A stretch of 12,492 nt of DNA from Myxococcota bacterium (GTDB lineage Bacteria; Myxococcota_A; UBA9160; UBA4427), in assembly GCA_036336835.1 (NCBI GenBank), contig JAYZFK010000036.1, forward strand, positions 1 through 12,492. The letters run 5' to 3'. The first letter of the stretch is position 1; each line of letters opens with the position of its first letter. Of this stretch, positions 10,455 through 12,492 are shown piece after piece. The notes beneath the pieces are model-generated. The model did not search any database, had not been told where the DNA came from, and saw nothing but the letters and a program-made list of their open reading frames with translations. Both the position numbers and the translations under genes were made by a program.

Positions 10455-11420
10455 ATGAGCTGGGGTTCGATTCCTGCTGCGGGGAAGCGAGCGCTCGACC
10501 TGGTCGGCCTGGGCGAAACCTCGCTCGACCAAACGATCGAGCTCGAGCGCATGCCGCTCGCCGGACACAAGCAGCGGGCGCGTGGCGAGCGCACTTCGCC
10601 GGGCGGGCAGATCGCGACCGCCGTGCTGGCGTGCTCTCGGCTCGGGCTGCGCTGCGCATTCGTGGGTGCGGTGGGCGACGACTCAGCGGCGGATGCAGCG
10701 CTTGCTCCCCTGCGAAGCGCAGGCGTCGATCTGTCGGCACTGCAGCGCGTGGCGGGAGGCAGGACGCGCCAGGCGCTGGTACTCGTCGAAGGGCGCGGAG
10801 GCGAGCGCAGCGTGATCGGCAAGCGCGACGACAGTGTCTCGATCGACGCCGGGGCGCTCGACAGCGGGCTGTTCGAGCGGACCCGGGCGGTGCTGCTCGA
10901 CGACACGGATCCGGAGGCCTCGCTGTGGGCAGCCCGTGCGGCGCGCGAGTCGGGAGCCGTGGTCTTCCTGGATGCGGACGGCCCGGTCTCGGAGCTCGAA
11001 AAACTGCTGCCATGGGTCGATTTTCCTGTGGTTTCTCAGTTGCTTGCCGAAGAAATCGGAAGAGGAACATCCGTTCTGGCGGGACTCGAGGCGCTGTGCG
11101 CAGCCGGTGCGCGCATCGCCGTGGCGACGCTCGGTGAGTACGGCGCGATGGCGCTCGCGGGAGTCGGTGGTCGTGCGTTGTGCGCGTCGGCGTTCGAAAT
11201 CGAGGCGCGGGACACCAACGGTGCCGGTGACGCCTTTCACGCGGCCTGGATCGCCGCAGCGCTGGCGGCGGAGGACCTCGAACAGGCGCTGCGGATGGCC
11301 AACGCCGCCGCGGCGCTCAACTGCGTCGTGCAGGGGGCACAGGGGGGGCTCGCGGGTCCAGAAGCGCTCGCCCGTTTCTTGCGCACGGAACAACCGGGGA
11401 TCTGGCGTGATCCGCGCTGA
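10455..11420 (+). CDS. PfkB/ribokinase family carbohydrate kinase (YihV-like subgroup)
   Basis: ATG at 10455 is 13 nt after the slt stop. Motifs VGLGETSLD, PGGQIATA...SRLG, FVGAVGDD, GERSV, VATLGEYG, the anion-hole motif DTNGAGDAFH, and ANAAAALNC. Confidence 0.9.
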   Translation: MSWGSIPAAGKRALDLVGLGETSLDQTIELERMPLAGHKQRARGERTSPGGQIATAVLACSRLGLRCAFVGAVGDDSAADAALAPLRSAGVDLSALQRVAGGRTRQALVLVEGRGGERSVIGKRDDSVSIDAGALDSGLFERTRAVLLDDTDPEASLWAARAARESGAVVFLDADGPVSELEKLLPWVDFPVVSQLLAEEIGRGTSVLAGLEALCAAGARIAVATLGEYGAMALAGVGGRALCASAFEIEARDTNGAGDAFHAAWIAAALAAEDLEQALRMANAAAALNCVVQGAQGGLAGPEALARFLRTEQPGIWRDPR

Positions 11421-11447
11421 TGGGGCCGAGCCCCGGGAGCGAGATTG

Positions 11448-11891
11448 ATGGGCAAGAGCAGAGCGGGCTCGGGTGGTCTGGCGCTGATCTTGGTGGTCGC
11501 GTTGTTCGTCCTCGGCGGCTGGAACTACCACCGCAACTATCAGCTGGAGCAGGCTCAGCGGAGCGGGGCCAGCATGTCGCGCTACGACACGGCGAGCCTG
11601 ATCCAGCTGATGGAAGCCTACCGGCTCGAGGTGGCGACTCTCGCGGGCGAGCGCCAGAAGCTGCTCGCTGCGCGACCGAAGGTGCGCCGGACGGCCGGCG
11701 TCGGGGCGGGTGTACGCGAGTTCGAGCGCATCCAACGCAGTGCCGACCAGCTGCGCGACGCCACCGGTGCGCTCTCCAGTCGGGAGGCACGGCTACGGGA
11801 GATCGAGGCGGAGTTGGCGACCCGGAAGCGTGCTGCCAGCGGCTTTGCGCTCCACCTCGAGCGGCTGACGGGGCTCGAACGGCCGATCTAG
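11448..11891 (+). CDS. Hypothetical single-pass membrane protein with a coiled-coil domain (147 aa)
   Basis: One N-terminal hydrophobic helix (GLALILVVALFVLGGWNY) followed by heptad-like charged helices (LSSREARLREIEAELATRK). Co-directional with pfkB, 27 nt downstream. Confidence 0.75.
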   Translation: MGKSRAGSGGLALILVVALFVLGGWNYHRNYQLEQAQRSGASMSRYDTASLIQLMEAYRLEVATLAGERQKLLAARPKVRRTAGVGAGVREFERIQRSADQLRDATGALSSREARLREIEAELATRKRAASGFALHLERLTGLERPI

Positions 11892-11902
11892 CAGGCTGCT
11901 GG

Positions 11903-12492
11903 CTACTCGGCGTCGTCCTCCGCCTGGGGCGACGCGGCGTCGTCGAAGAAGTCCTCGCCCGTCCGAGGTGTCTGGGCGGTGGTGCGCTCGCTCTCCAGAT
12001 CTTCGGCGCCAGACCGATCCTCCTCTTCCTCGAGCAGGGGTTCCATCGCGCGTACCGTGGGCCGGATCGGCGGGTCGGTAGGGGTCGGCTTCTTGGTCTT
12101 GCGCGGCCGATCCGCCTGATTGGTCTCGCACTTCGGGCAGATCGCCTCCTCCTTCCGCAGGTCGTAGAACTTCGCGCCACAGGCGAAGCACTCCCACTTC
12201 GTGCCAAGGGGCGAGACGTCTGCGGCGGGCCGCCCGGCGCCGGCGCGCAGTTCGAGCCGGGCGCGGGCCGGGCGCTTCCTCCTCTTGGGCGTGGCCTTCT
12301 TGCGCTCCGCTGCCTTGGCCGCGGCCTTGCTGGCGGCTGCGGCGGCCTTCTCGGCAGCGGCCTTCTTGGCGGCGGCCTTCTTGGCGGCGGCCTTCTCGGC
12401 GGCGGCCTTCTTGGCGGCGGCCTTCTCGGCAGCGGCCTTCTTGGCGGCGGCCTTCTTGGCGGCGGCCTTCTCGGCAGCGGCCTTCTTGGCGG
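11903..12492 (-). CDS. FYDLN_acid/TIGR02300-like zinc-ribbon protein with an N-terminal Ala/Lys-rich repeat, 5'-truncated; absent from the ORF track
   Basis: Hand translation from 12490 is open to TAG at 11905-11903: ...([10 protein letters not shown])n [147 protein letters not shown]. [17 protein letters not shown]...CPKC plus an acidic tail is the family signature. Confidence 0.9.
   Translation of the reverse strand, partial: AKKAAAEKAAAKKAAAKKAAAEKAAAKKAAAEKAAAKKAAAKKAAAEKAAAAASKAAAKAAERKKATPKRRKRPARARLELRAGAGRPAADVSPLGTKWECFACGAKFYDLRKEEAICPKCETNQADRPRKTKKPTPTDPPIRPTVRAMEPLLEEEEDRSGAEDLESERTTAQTPRTGEDFFDDAASPQAEDDAE
12347..12492 (-). repeat. Coding 15-bp tandem repeat encoding [10 protein letters not shown]; 9 full copies plus 1 partial, running off the window end
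   Basis: Plus-strand units CTTCTTGGCGGCGGC, CTTCTCGGCAGCGGC and CTTCTCGGCGGCGGC start at 12347 and recur every 15 nt to 12482. Confidence 0.97.

Noticed and set aside
9776..12207. Long minus-strand ORFs of 376, 350, 296 and 134 aa
   Set aside because: Antisense or off-frame to slt, pfkB and the membrane protein. The real minus-strand gene at the right end is in a different frame that ends at 11903.
12347..12492. Repeat array considered as a CRISPR array or iterons
   Set aside because: The units are contiguous with no spacers, their length is a multiple of three and they are in frame with a protein. No cas or rep gene is nearby.

Overview
GC-rich bacterial chromosomal window, mostly housekeeping and cell-envelope genes. 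The gene content suggests a Myxococcota/deltaproteobacterial-type genome (inference only). In order: a 5'-truncated N-acyl-D-amino-acid deacylase-family amidohydrolase; an initiator tRNA-fMet on the minus strand with its own sigma70-type promoter and terminator; three small exported hypothetical proteins; a ROK-family sugar kinase; a minus-strand, tightly overlapping unit of a GHL10/DigH-like glycosyl hydrolase lipoprotein, queA and tgt; a divergent plus-strand unit of a TPR+SLT lytic transglycosylase, a PfkB kinase and a membrane-anchored coiled-coil protein; and a 5'-truncated minus-strand gene that the ORF track misses. That last gene encodes a FYDLN-type zinc-ribbon/acidic-tail protein fused to a histone-H1-like ([10 protein letters not shown])n repeat. 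I found no mobile element, CRISPR array or defence system, and no clear-cut new multi-gene system. The best leads are the H1-like/FYDLN fusion, a non-canonical TGT base-binding loop (GGLGLGE), a U1-U72 initiator tRNA, and the clustering of two glycan-cleaving envelope enzymes with two sugar kinases around queA-tgt. All family assignments are by motif recognition from memory; no database search was run.
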